In this document: piece after piece, positions 17,290 to 26,523 of the stretch
Position numbering within the stretch: position 1 is the stretch's first letter
Layout of the letters: each line of letters starts with the position of its first letter
Assembly: GCA_026982145.1 (NCBI GenBank)
Contig: JALSHQ010000393.1
Location: 1-39,433 of the forward strand
Source: Gammaproteobacteria bacterium
GTDB lineage: Bacteria > Pseudomonadota > Gammaproteobacteria > SZUA-140
Direction of reading: 5' to 3'
Length of the DNA: 39,433 nucleotides
The notes under the pieces: model-generated
Databases searched by the model: none
What the model saw: the letters and a program-made list of their open reading frames with translations, nothing else
What the model was told of the DNA's origin: nothing
Translations under genes and position numbers: made by a program

Positions 17290-18293
17290 GGCAACACCTG
17301 CTGCCGAGCGTTGCGTTCGTTAAGTAACAGCAACGATAGCGCCAATAAAAGCGGCAGCCAGAACCACTCTGCGCGGGGGGGCAATGCAGGGTCGTCAATA
17401 TCGACAGGCTCCAGTTGGTCAATCTCGTTAAAGATCGCTTGCAGTGCCTGACTGTTATTCGCATGAAAGTAGTGGCCGCCGGTTCGATTTGCGATCTGTC
17501 TTAATAAATTTTCATTAAGGGGCAGCTCAGTGTAGAGCGGCTGTTGTTGTGGCCCGCGTGGAAAGGCGACCGTGCTGTTTGTGCCTACTCCAATAGCGTA
17601 AATGCGTAGCTTGTATTCTTGTGCCAATAGAATGGCTGATTCAGGAGCCACATAGCCAGCCGTGTGGCTGCCATCCGTAAGTAAAATTAGGATGCGTGAC
17701 TTGGCTGCGCGCGTTCTCATGTGGTCGGCCGCGAGTGCAATCGCATCGCCCAGCGCGGTGCGCTCACCTGCGAGGCCGTTGCTGATCTCAGCGAGAAAAT
17801 CGTGCGCAATTTTAAGGTCGGTTGTGAGTGGCATGAAGGTGAACGCATCATCGGCAAAGGCGATCAGCCCGATGCGGTCGCCGGCGCGCTGTTTTATGAA
17901 TGACTGCCCCATTGATTTTGAAATATCGATACGACTGGTGGAGCGTCCTTCATGGATAAAGTCCTGCGCCAACATCGAGCCAGAGATATCAATAGCCAAC
18001 ATGATGTCGTGGCCGGGGCGCTTGATCGGCTCATCATTATGGAGCCACTGGGGGCGCGCAGCCGCGACAAACAGCAGTGCGCAACCCAGTAACCATAACC
18101 ACGGTAGGCGGGATCTATTACGAGTAGCGCTGGCGAGTTGAATCAGCAGTTCAGCTTGACTATGGCGGATGGCGGCAACGTTGTTATGGCTCGGTGCCGT
18201 ATCGGGTGGGCGTTCTGCACGCGAAGTGATGAGCCACAGCAGATAAGGGAGTGGCAGCAGCAGTAACCAGAGCGGGGCAGCAAACTCAAACAT
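17286..18293 (-). CDS. batA: VWA-domain membrane protein (BatA-like)
   Basis: The start is set at Met8 of the track ORF, which gives the typical BatA N-terminus MFEFAAPLWLLLLPLPYLLW. The MIDAS motif is DIMLAIDISGSM and there is a C-terminal TM helix. The alternative start at 18314 cannot be excluded. Confidence 0.85.
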   Translation of the reverse strand: MFEFAAPLWLLLLPLPYLLWLITSRAERPPDTAPSHNNVAAIRHSQAELLIQLASATRNRSRLPWLWLLGCALLFVAAARPQWLHNDEPIKRPGHDIMLAIDISGSMLAQDFIHEGRSTSRIDISKSMGQSFIKQRAGDRIGLIAFADDAFTFMPLTTDLKIAHDFLAEISNGLAGERTALGDAIALAADHMRTRAAKSRILILLTDGSHTAGYVAPESAILLAQEYKLRIYAIGVGTNSTVAFPRGPQQQPLYTELPLNENLLRQIANRTGGHYFHANNSQALQAIFNEIDQLEPVDIDDPALPPRAEWFWLPLLLALSLLLLNERNARQQVLP

Positions 18294-18801
18294 CTGGTTT
18301 ACCTGTGGGCTCAAGGGGCGGTGTTGATAACCACTGCCGAAGCATCAAAAAAATGCTCTGTTCTATTTTGTCTGCGGGTTGCGGCTGATAGCGCAATCTT
18401 GAAAGCAGTGTCATCGTCTGTTGCCACGCTGCCTGTTGTGTGTGGAGTTGCTGTGGGCTATGAGCGGTCAGTTGCGCCAACCTAAGTCCAAGGCGTAGCA
18501 AAGTGCTGAGCTGATAGGCTGTTTCACGTGCATCAATTTCACCTTTTAACCACCTTTGTTCAACGGTTGCGAGGCGTGCTAGTGCCTGTTGTGTGGTGTT
18601 GGAGGGCGGTGCGCGGTGCTTTTTGTTGCGGTGGCGATAGATCAGTGAGATGAGTGCGACAACCACCAGCGTAACCGCAGCGAGCATGAGGAGCGGCCAC
18701 CATAGTGTGGGTTCACCCGGCAGCTCAACATCGGCCATGCGCTCAAAAAAAGCGGCGTTGTTGATCGCCGTGGGCGGTGAATTTAACGCTGTCGGTATCA
18801 T
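18286..18801 (-). CDS. DUF4381-like single-pass membrane protein
   Basis: A proline-rich N-terminus, one TM helix (WWPLLMLAAVTLVVVALISLIY), a basic stretch and then a helical domain. Its position between the DUF58 and BatA genes is canonical. The start overlaps the DUF58 stop (ATGA). Confidence 0.7.
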   Translation of the reverse strand: MIPTALNSPPTAINNAAFFERMADVELPGEPTLWWPLLMLAAVTLVVVALISLIYRHRNKKHRAPPSNTTQQALARLATVEQRWLKGEIDARETAYQLSTLLRLGLRLAQLTAHSPQQLHTQQAAWQQTMTLLSRLRYQPQPADKIEQSIFLMLRQWLSTPPLEPTGKPDV

Positions 18802-19703
18802 TGCAGTTGCGCCAGCTGTTGCAGGGTGTCGCGATGATTATAGAGGGTGTGCAGTGGCAGTTGGCTGCGTTGGCAGAGCTGTTCGAGCTTGCGTTGGCGT
18901 TGCTGCATGGTATCGGCATAGGCTCGGCGCAAGGCGCTATCGTCGCTATCGATGATGCTGCTTTTGCCGCTCAGCGGTGAGATGATGCGCACTTTGCCAC
19001 ACGCCTCAAGCCGCTCTTCGGCCAGATCAGTAATGCGTAATGCCAAAGGTTCAAAGCGTGTTGCGATCTCGAGCAGCAGGGGTTGATGTTGCGCTTCGAG
19101 CGCTTGCAGGTCGCTGATGATCACCAGCGAACTACCACGCTCTGCTGTTTGGCTGACCTGCTCAAAGAGCGCGCTGAGTTTGAGAGGTTCAGTGGTTGGA
19201 TGGGTCGCGAGTGGTGCCGTGGCCGCTTGCAGGAGTGGCAGTGTGCCCTCGATGGTTTGGGATGCTGAAAAGAATCGAGCTTCGTTATCAAGCACCACAC
19301 CGGCCACGCGCTCCCGCGCGGCGAGTGCAGAGAAGGCGAGGATCGCAGCGCAACGTGCGGCGGTGGTCGCTTTAAGCTCAACCCGGCTGCCAAACTGCAT
19401 CGAAGCGCGACGGTCAATCACCAAAAAGAGGCTGCGCTGCCGTTCCGCAAGAAAGACCTTGCTGGTCGGTTTTCCGCTGCGTGCAGTGGCGCGCCAGTCC
19501 ATGTGGCGAATATCATCACCTACTTGATAGGGGCGTACATCATGCAGCTCCATGCCGTGGCCGCGGTGTAACGAGAGGAAGGCACCTGCATATGGTGTGT
19601 CGAGCGGTCGTGTTTGAGCGTGACGACGCTGCAGCACTTGCTGCTGCACGCTTTCGAGCTCGGCAGTGGAGAGTAGTGCTTTCTGATGAGCGTTGGCGTG
19701 CAT
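18798..19703 (-). CDS. DUF58-family protein (MoxR-associated, VWA-like)
   Basis: The diagnostic string is RPYQVGDDIRHMDWRATARSGK. The first ATG (19703) lies 7 nt after the moxR stop. The track ORF extends to a TTG at 19745, inside moxR. Confidence 0.85.
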   Translation of the reverse strand: MHANAHQKALLSTAELESVQQQVLQRRHAQTRPLDTPYAGAFLSLHRGHGMELHDVRPYQVGDDIRHMDWRATARSGKPTSKVFLAERQRSLFLVIDRRASMQFGSRVELKATTAARCAAILAFSALAARERVAGVVLDNEARFFSASQTIEGTLPLLQAATAPLATHPTTEPLKLSALFEQVSQTAERGSSLVIISDLQALEAQHQPLLLEIATRFEPLALRITDLAEERLEACGKVRIISPLSGKSSIIDSDDSALRRAYADTMQQRQRKLEQLCQRSQLPLHTLYNHRDTLQQLAQLQ

Positions 19704-19710
19704 GGGGGTG

Positions 19711-20658
19711 CTAGGGAACCGGCACCACGTCGGTGATGCGCTCAATCAGCTCGCGGCAGTTAACCCCTTCCGCGCGCGCCGTGAAGCTGAGTGCAATGCG
19801 GTGGTTAAGCACGTCATGCGCGAGTTCAATAATGTCACCGGGTTCTACAAAATTGCGCCCTCTCAGGTAGGCACGTGCGCGGCTGGTTTGCGCCAGTGCT
19901 AGGGTGGCGCGGGGGGATGCGCCGCGCGTCAACAGCGGAGTCAGCACCTCGTCCCACGGGGATGGGTCGCGCGTAGCGCCCACCAGTGTGACGATATAGC
20001 GCTCCAGCATCTCATCAATATAGACTTCGCTAACCGCTTTGCGAGCAGTAAGCACTTGCGCAGCGCTGATGGCCGCATGTTTGTGTTGACTTGCTGTTGG
20101 GCGCTGCGCTCGGCGTAAGATCTCCAGCTCTTCATCGGCACTGGGGTAGTCAATATGGGTTTTTATCATGAAGCGGTCGAGTTGCGCCTCTGGCAATGGG
20201 TAGGTGCCCTCTTGGTCGATTGAGTTCTGGGTCGCGATCACCATGAATATTTCAGGCAGCGGGCGGGTAGTGCCGCCCACGGTCACTTGGCGCTCCTGCA
20301 TCGCTTCCAGCAGTGCTGATTGCACTTTGGGTGGGGCACGATTAATTTCGTCAGCGAGGATAATTTCATTGAAGATCGGTCCGGCGATAAACTGAAAGTG
20401 CCCGTCTTGTGGCACAAAGATATCCGAGCCGGTAATGTCGCCGGGAATCAGATCCGGGGTGAACTGAATGCGTTGAAATGGCATCGCCATGCCGCTGGCA
20501 AGTTGATGCACTGCAGTGGTTTTAGCGAGCCCGGGCAGCCCCTCTAGTAGAAGGTGCCCATCGGCCAGCACGCCGGTCAGCAGACGTTCGATGAGTGTTG
20601 CCTGCCCGACAATGGCTGTTTCGATATGCGCCTTGAGCGCTTCAAAGTCATTTTTCAT
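19711..20658 (-). CDS. moxR: MoxR-family AAA+ ATPase
   Basis: Walker A motif LEGLPGLAKT, Walker B motif ILADEINRAPPKVQSALLEAMQE, and a length of 315 aa typical of MoxR (AAA_3 type). Confidence 0.93.
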   Translation of the reverse strand: MKNDFEALKAHIETAIVGQATLIERLLTGVLADGHLLLEGLPGLAKTTAVHQLASGMAMPFQRIQFTPDLIPGDITGSDIFVPQDGHFQFIAGPIFNEIILADEINRAPPKVQSALLEAMQERQVTVGGTTRPLPEIFMVIATQNSIDQEGTYPLPEAQLDRFMIKTHIDYPSADEELEILRRAQRPTASQHKHAAISAAQVLTARKAVSEVYIDEMLERYIVTLVGATRDPSPWDEVLTPLLTRGASPRATLALAQTSRARAYLRGRNFVEPGDIIELAHDVLNHRIALSFTARAEGVNCRELIERITDVVPVP

Positions 20659-20770
20659 AATCGCAAGATTCTAGACTATTCCTAGAAAATTGACAGGTAG
20701 CGTTACTAGGGCGCATTGAATCTGATTTCAGGATCGAAAAATCAGGCTGACGTGAGGTGGAAAAAATGAA

Positions 20771-20786
20771 CTATTCGCGTGAATAG
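20771..20786. promoter_or_regulatory. Perfect 6-4-6 palindrome CTATTC-GCGT-GAATAG, candidate operator in the moxR/ccmA divergent intergenic region
   Basis: Read directly from the sequence. The same hexamer, in one or other orientation, recurs at 20676-20681, 20967-20972 and 21074-21079 within a 527-nt non-coding region. Confidence 0.35.
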
Positions 20787-21148
20787 GTAGATTTTAATCG
20801 CATTTATCAGATCGTCTTTGGGTCGGGTGCAATGTCTGAGGGAAGGTCGTATAATCGCTGAACTTTGCATTTTGTGGGCTTTAATGGAAACTCAGCGTTA
20901 AGCGCAGAAGGGGTGGTTTGAGCGGGGTGATCGAGATTGAGTTCATCTGCTTGAAGCCTGCTGGGAGAATAGATGTTGTGCCTAGCGCTTCTGCACGTAA
21001 GAACAGGCACCTGCTTTAGATATAGACGTCGGTTTTGATCTACCATCGCGATGTATCTCAACGTGGTTAAGAAGAATAGTCCATTGAAAAATAGGGCTTT
21101 TAGTTTTTTGGATTTTTTTAGGGATCGGGCTTTTTGACTGCATTTATG

Positions 21149-21154
21149 TATAAT
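21149..21154 (+). promoter_or_regulatory. Consensus -10 box TATAAT upstream of ccmA
   Basis: A perfect TATAAT lies 32 nt upstream of the ccmA GTG. No good -35 is present at 16-18 nt spacing. A near-identical GTATAATCG string also occurs at 20849-20857. Confidence 0.4.
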
Positions 21155-21185
21155 CGACGCTCTTTGAAAAGCCGAGCGAATTACT

Positions 21186-21830
21186 GTGGATAAGGCGCTG
21201 CTTGAAATTCGGGCACTGGAATGCGTGCGCGGAGATAAGCAGCTCTTTAGTGAGCTCTCATTTTCACTGGAGGCGGGTTCGTTGCTGCATGTGCATGGCC
21301 CTAACGGCAGCGGTAAAACGACGCTGCTGCGCGCCATTGCAGGGCTAGTGTTGCAGGAGTGCGGCGAGATTCGCTGGAATGGTGAATTGGTGACGCAGCA
21401 GCAGGATGAGTTTAACCGTGAGCTGCTCTATTTGGGACACCATTATGGGCTCAAGTTTGAGTTGACCGGTTATGAGAATTTAAAGGTGTTCGCCAACCTG
21501 AGTGGTTCTGAGACCAGCGAACATGAGGTGGAGGCGGCATTGACGCGCTTTGGTTTGGCGCACTGTGTTGAATTACCAGTGAAGGTGTTGTCGCAAGGGC
21601 AGAAACGGCGTGTTGCACTGGCGCGACTGCTACTGCAGCCATCGAAGTTGTGGATACTGGACGAGCCTTTTGTGGCGCTGGATGTGGCGGCGGTGGAGTT
21701 GTTGCTAGAGGTGATTAGGACGCATGTTGCCAGTGGTGGCATGGTGATTTTGACCACTCACCAAGAGGTGGCAGTAGAAGTGGGAAGTTTGCAGCACCTG
21801 CACCTTGGCTCTTCGGTGAGGCAGCACTGA
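21186..21830 (+). CDS. ccmA: Cytochrome c biogenesis ATP-binding export protein CcmA
   Basis: Walker A motif GPNGSGKTTLLR, ABC signature LSQGQKRRVALARL and Walker B motif LWILDEP. GTG start. First gene of the ccm operon. Confidence 0.93.
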   Translation: MDKALLEIRALECVRGDKQLFSELSFSLEAGSLLHVHGPNGSGKTTLLRAIAGLVLQECGEIRWNGELVTQQQDEFNRELLYLGHHYGLKFELTGYENLKVFANLSGSETSEHEVEAALTRFGLAHCVELPVKVLSQGQKRRVALARLLLQPSKLWILDEPFVALDVAAVELLLEVIRTHVASGGMVILTTHQEVAVEVGSLQHLHLGSSVRQH

Positions 21831-22498
21831 TGCTAGCGGCATTGAGATGTATGGTGATACGGGATCTAACGCTGGCGATGCGCCACCGTTCAGATGTGTT
21901 AACGACGGTGTTCTTTTTTATCATCGTGGTGAGCCTGTTTCCGCTGGGCGTAGGGCCTGATGCGCAGCTCTTAAAAGAGATGGCGGCGGGGGTAGTGTGG
22001 GTTGCCGCGCTGTTGGCATCGATGTTGTCGTTAACGCGTCTGTTTGCAGATGATTTCAATGACGGCACGCTGGAACAGCTGTTGTTGGTGCCGCAGCCGT
22101 TGGCACTGATTGTATTGGGCAAGGTGCTGGCACACTGGATTATTTCGGGTCTACCGCTGGTGCTGATGTCGCCGCTGCTAGGGTTGCAGTTTGGGCTTGA
22201 AGGTGACGAGTTGATTATGTTGATGGTGACCCTGCTGATAGGGACACCCGTGTTGAGTTTACTAGGCGCCATTGGCGCGGCGCTGACATTGGGGTTGCGC
22301 GGCGGTGGTGTGTTGGTATCGCTATTGGTGTTACCGCTTTACATTCCTGTGCTGATTTTTGGCGCGGGCGCGGTGACGGCAAGCGCGGCTGGGATGGGAG
22401 CCGATGGGCACCTATCATTGATGGGCGCAATATTGTTACTGGCGTTAGCACTTGCGCCATGGGCCTCGGCGGCAGCGCTTAGGATATCGGTGGAATAG
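21830..22498 (+). CDS. ccmB: Haem exporter membrane protein CcmB
   Basis: A 222-aa polytopic membrane protein. Its start shares one nt with the ccmA stop (TGATG). Its position and length are canonical. Confidence 0.92.
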   Translation: MLAALRCMVIRDLTLAMRHRSDVLTTVFFFIIVVSLFPLGVGPDAQLLKEMAAGVVWVAALLASMLSLTRLFADDFNDGTLEQLLLVPQPLALIVLGKVLAHWIISGLPLVLMSPLLGLQFGLEGDELIMLMVTLLIGTPVLSLLGAIGAALTLGLRGGGVLVSLLVLPLYIPVLIFGAGAVTASAAGMGADGHLSLMGAILLLALALAPWASAAALRISVE

Positions 22499-22545
22499 CT
22501 TTTGTATAAAGCGCTATAGAATTTTAAATTGAGAAGATAAGCATC

Positions 22546-23295
22546 GTGTTTAACTTGTTTAAATTTGCATCACCCGCGACTTTTTATCCGCTAGCGGGAA
22601 GGCTTGCGATGGGGTTTGGCATCGCCTCTGCCATTTTGCTGGCGATCGGGCTCTATATGAGCTTTTTTGTCGCGCCGACAGATTACAAACAAGGCGAAGG
22701 GTATCGCATCATGTTTATTCATGTGCCCGCAGCGTGGATGTCGATGCTCATCTATGTGGTGATGGCGTGCTGGGCGGCCGCCGGGATGATCTGGCATACA
22801 CGCCTCTCTTCGATGATGGCTTCGTCACTCGCACCCACCGGCGCGATGTTCACCTTTATTGCGTTGTGGACGGGCGCGCTGTGGGGCAAACCGATGTGGG
22901 GGGCTTGGTGGGTGTGGGATGCACGCCTAACCTCCGAGCTGATTTTACTATTTCTCTATATCGGCTTTATGGCGCTGGAGTCAGCGATTGATGACCCGCG
23001 TCGCGCCGCGCGTGCCAGTGGTCTTTTAGCGCTGGTAGGGGTGGTCAATGTGCCCATTATCTATTACTCCGTGCAGTGGTGGAATACGCTCCATCAAGGC
23101 AGTTCGATCAAGATTGTTGATGGCGGGGTCGAGAGCAGCATGTCTGAAATAATGGTTTGGACACTGTTGGTGATGACCTTCGCCTGCTGGTTCTACACCA
23201 TTGCAGTGGCGTTGTGTCGGGTGCGCAGTATCATCCTTGAGCGCGAAGCCAATACATCGTGGGTGAAAGAGTTATTGCAAGGGGCAAAATCATGA
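22546..23295 (+). CDS. ccmC: Haem exporter / haem-handling protein CcmC
   Basis: The WWD motif GAWWVWDARLTSELILLFLY is nearly identical to E. coli CcmC. Confidence 0.95.
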   Translation: MFNLFKFASPATFYPLAGRLAMGFGIASAILLAIGLYMSFFVAPTDYKQGEGYRIMFIHVPAAWMSMLIYVVMACWAAAGMIWHTRLSSMMASSLAPTGAMFTFIALWTGALWGKPMWGAWWVWDARLTSELILLFLYIGFMALESAIDDPRRAARASGLLALVGVVNVPIIYYSVQWWNTLHQGSSIKIVDGGVESSMSEIMVWTLLVMTFACWFYTIAVALCRVRSIILEREANTSWVKELLQGAKS

Positions 23296-23471
23296 GTGAA
23301 TGGTTCGCCATGGGTGGGCACGGCCTTTATATTTGGGGGTCATATGGCGTGGCGGCTTTGTATATGATTGTTGAAGTGATCCTCGTGGTGCGCCGCAGAC
23401 GCAGTTTAGTGCAGCGCTTGGGGCGGATGATCCGAATGAAAGCACACGCAGATTTAGAGGTACCGAAATGA
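23292..23471 (+). CDS. ccmD: Haem exporter protein CcmD
   Basis: The ATG at 23292 (Met12 of track ORF 23259) overlaps the ccmC stop (ATGA). The product is a 59-aa single-TM protein, MSEWFAMGGHGLYIWGSYGV..., which is typical of CcmD. Confidence 0.88.
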   Translation: MSEWFAMGGHGLYIWGSYGVAALYMIVEVILVVRRRRSLVQRLGRMIRMKAHADLEVPK

Positions 23472-23974
23472 AGTCTAGACATAAACGTATGGTGTTTATC
23501 GCCGTTGGCCTAGTGGCGTTGGGCGGTGCGGTCGCACTGATTCTGAATGCGCTCAACAGCAACATTAATCACTTTTTCAGCCCGACCGAAGTACACGCCG
23601 ATGCAGCGCCGAAAGATCGCTCTTTTCGTTTGGGCGGTCTGGTCGAGGTGGGTAGCATTCAGCGTGAAGATGACGGGCTAACCGTACACTTTCGGGTGAC
23701 CGATAACGCCGAAACCGTGCCGGTGGTCTACACTGGTATCCTGCCTGATCTATTCCGTGAAGGTGAAGGGGTGGTAGCGCAGGGCAAGATCGACAATGAG
23801 GGTGTTTTTCATGCAGATGAAGTGTTGGCTAAACATGATGAAACCTACATGCCACCGGAAGTCGCCGAGGCGCTTGAAAAGGCCGAACAGGCAAAACTAG
23901 AACAGGCCAAGGCGGCATCAGCCGTTGAGTCCTCGGTCGTTAAGCCGCTCACCCAGCCACAAGAGGGAATATAG
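23468..23974 (+). CDS. ccmE: Haem chaperone CcmE
   Basis: LPDLFREGEGVVAQG and the haem-binding histidine motif VLAKHDETYMPPEV. Confidence 0.96.
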   Translation: MKSRHKRMVFIAVGLVALGGAVALILNALNSNINHFFSPTEVHADAAPKDRSFRLGGLVEVGSIQREDDGLTVHFRVTDNAETVPVVYTGILPDLFREGEGVVAQGKIDNEGVFHADEVLAKHDETYMPPEVAEALEKAEQAKLEQAKAASAVESSVVKPLTQPQEGI

Positions 23975-25990
23975 ATGATACCTGAAATTGGACATTATGC
24001 GCTGGTGCTCGCGCTGTCGATGGCACTCATTCAAGCGGTGCTGCCGCTGATTGGTGCGCAGCAAGGGAAAGCGTCGTGGATCGCCGTGGCGCGCCCTGCC
24101 GCACAAGGGCAGTTTGCCTTTGTACTGGTCGCTTTTGGCTGCCTGACCTACGCTTTTATTGTGAATGATTTTTCGGTGCAATACGCGGCTAACCATTCCA
24201 ATTCACAGCTGCCGATTGAATACCGCATCGCAGCTGTCTGGGGGGGGCATGAAGGGTCGCTACTGCTGTGGGCACTGATGCTTGCGAGCTGGACGCTTGC
24301 GGTCTCTATTTTAAGCAAAAACCTGCCGGACGAAATGGTGGCGCGTGTGATTGGCGTGCTGGGGCTGATCTCGATCGGCTTTTTACTGTTTTTACTGCTG
24401 ACCTCTAATCCGTTTGATCGTCTTATACCGGCTGCGATGGATGGGCGGGACCTTAACCCACTGCTGCAAGACCCCGGTTTGATTATTCATCCGCCGATGC
24501 TCTACATGGGCTATGTCGGATTCTCTGTCGCTTTTGCCTTTGCGATCGCCGCACTGCTCAGTGGCCGGCTCGATGCTGCCTGGGCGCGCTGGTCTCGTCC
24601 GTGGACCACGGCGGCGTGGTGTTTTCTCACCATCGGTATCGCGCTTGGTAGCTGGTGGGCCTATTACGAGCTTGGCTGGGGCGGCTGGTGGTTTTGGGAT
24701 CCGGTCGAAAATGCTTCGTTTATGCCGTGGTTGGTGGGCACCGCACTGATCCATTCGCTGGCCGTGACTGAAAAACGGGGCAGCTTTAAAAACTGGACCG
24801 TACTGTTGGCGATCATTGCCTTCTCGATGAGCCTGCTGGGCACATTCCTTGTACGCTCCGGTGTGTTGACTTCCGTTCACGCTTTCGCGACGGATCCTGA
24901 TCGAGGTATCTATATTCTTGGCTTTCTTGCGGTGGCGATTGGCGGTTCACTCTTTCTGTATGCGGTGCGCGCACCGAGTGTCAGTAAGGGCGGTGAGTTT
25001 TCAATGCTGTCACGTGAAACGCTGTTGCTGAGCAACAACGTACTATTGGTTGTGGCGTGCGGCACTGTGCTGCTCGGTACGCTCTACCCGCTGCTGCTTG
25101 ATGCACTGGATATGGGCAAAATCTCAGTGGGGCCGCCGTACTTTAACTCCGTATTTGTGCCGCTGATGATGCCGCTGCTCTTTTTGATCGGACTGGCGCC
25201 GTTTGTGCGCTGGAAAAAAGCAAGCCTGCCGGAGCTAGCGCGTCTACTGCGCTGGGCTTTTGCTGTTTCACTGGTGGTGGCATTGATACTGCCATTTACG
25301 CTCGGCGAATGGCAGGTGATGGTGAGTGTGGGGCTGTTGATGGCCATCTGGATTGTCGCCACAATCATTCTCGGTTTCACCCGCCGTATTCAACGAGGCA
25401 ACGGCCTGAAAGGGATCTCAATGAGCTACTACGGCATGCAGACAGGGCATCTTGGCATGGCCGTTTTTGTGGTCGGGGTGACACTGATTGGCGGCTACGA
25501 GACCGAAAAAGATGTGCGCATGGATATCGGCGACGTCACCACGGTGGGAGGTTACACCTTCCGCTTTGACGGTGTGGTTGATCAGGCCGGGCCTAACTAT
25601 CAGGCCACACGTGGTTATATTCAGGTGATGAAAGATGGCGACAACGTGATGTTGTTGCACCCTGAGAAGCGTATCTACAACGTGCAGACCATGCCGATGA
25701 CCGAAGCGGCGATCGACAGCGGTTTTACACGGGATCTTTATGTCTCACTGGGAGAGCCTGTGAGCGGTGGTGCATGGAGTGTGCGCATCTACCACAAGCC
25801 GTTTGTGAACTGGATCTGGGGCGGCTGTGCACTCATGGCACTGGGTGGCTTTTTGGCGATGAGTGATCGTCGCTATCGCATCGCATCACGCCAGCGCAAA
25901 GAAGCTGAGAAAAAGCGGGTCGTCACGAAAAAAGCGACCAGCGGTAGCGCCACTGATGCACCCGCCGTAGCACGAGAGGCTAAGGTCTAA
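23975..25990 (+). CDS. ccmF: Cytochrome c haem lyase subunit CcmF
   Basis: A 671-aa polytopic protein with the WWD motif GWGGWWFWDPVENASFMPWL. Confidence 0.96.
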   Translation: MIPEIGHYALVLALSMALIQAVLPLIGAQQGKASWIAVARPAAQGQFAFVLVAFGCLTYAFIVNDFSVQYAANHSNSQLPIEYRIAAVWGGHEGSLLLWALMLASWTLAVSILSKNLPDEMVARVIGVLGLISIGFLLFLLLTSNPFDRLIPAAMDGRDLNPLLQDPGLIIHPPMLYMGYVGFSVAFAFAIAALLSGRLDAAWARWSRPWTTAAWCFLTIGIALGSWWAYYELGWGGWWFWDPVENASFMPWLVGTALIHSLAVTEKRGSFKNWTVLLAIIAFSMSLLGTFLVRSGVLTSVHAFATDPDRGIYILGFLAVAIGGSLFLYAVRAPSVSKGGEFSMLSRETLLLSNNVLLVVACGTVLLGTLYPLLLDALDMGKISVGPPYFNSVFVPLMMPLLFLIGLAPFVRWKKASLPELARLLRWAFAVSLVVALILPFTLGEWQVMVSVGLLMAIWIVATIILGFTRRIQRGNGLKGISMSYYGMQTGHLGMAVFVVGVTLIGGYETEKDVRMDIGDVTTVGGYTFRFDGVVDQAGPNYQATRGYIQVMKDGDNVMLLHPEKRIYNVQTMPMTEAAIDSGFTRDLYVSLGEPVSGGAWSVRIYHKPFVNWIWGGCALMALGGFLAMSDRRYRIASRQRKEAEKKRVVTKKATSGSATDAPAVAREAKV

Positions 25991-26523
25991 TGGTGCGGTA
26001 TCTGAAATATCTGGCACCGCTGGCAGTGTTTCTGGTGATGGTGTGGTTTTTAGGGCGCGGGCTTTACCTTAACCCACAAGAGGTGCCTTCACCGCTCGTC
26101 GATAAGCCTGCGCCAGTCTTCAGCGTAGAAGATCTGCATCATCCCGGGCAGCAGTTCAACTCTGAACAGATGAAAGGACAGGTGTGGATCTTGAACGTGT
26201 GGGCCTCATGGTGCCGTGCCTGTCGTGATGAGCACCCCCTGTTTGTTGAGCTGGGTCGTCAGAATTTCGTGCCCATTGTTGGGCTGAACTACAAAGACCA
26301 GCGTGGCGATGCGTTGCAGTGGCTGCGTGCATTGGGTGATCCTTACGTGGCGAGTGCTTACGATGTTGATGGCAAAGTGGGGATGGACTTTGGCGTATAC
26401 GGTGTGCCGGAAACCTACGTGATCGACCGAGACGGAATCATTCGCTACAAGCACATCGGGCCTGTTACGGCTCATTCGTTAGAGACAAAAGTGGTGTCGT
26501 TGGTGAAGGAGTTACAGAAATGA
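25990..26523 (+). CDS. ccmG: Thiol:disulfide interchange protein CcmG/DsbE
   Basis: N-terminal membrane anchor, thioredoxin motif WASWCRACRDEHP and the string GVYGVPETYVIDRDG. Confidence 0.94.
   Translation: MVRYLKYLAPLAVFLVMVWFLGRGLYLNPQEVPSPLVDKPAPVFSVEDLHHPGQQFNSEQMKGQVWILNVWASWCRACRDEHPLFVELGRQNFVPIVGLNYKDQRGDALQWLRALGDPYVASAYDVDGKVGMDFGVYGVPETYVIDRDGIIRYKHIGPVTAHSLETKVVSLVKELQK

Noticed and set aside
20690-20695. A perfect TTGACA -35 hexamer on the plus strand near the moxR start.
   Set aside because: No acceptable -10 hexamer lies 16-18 nt downstream, and there is no plus-strand gene for ~490 nt.
20807-21337. A 176-aa minus-strand ORF covering most of the moxR/ccmA intergenic region.
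   Set aside because: It overlaps the 5' end of ccmA by ~150 nt. Its composition is Ser/Leu/Arg/Lys-rich and low-complexity. It has no recognisable motif and no export or TM logic. It is better explained as a chance open frame, although a shorter internal product cannot be formally excluded.
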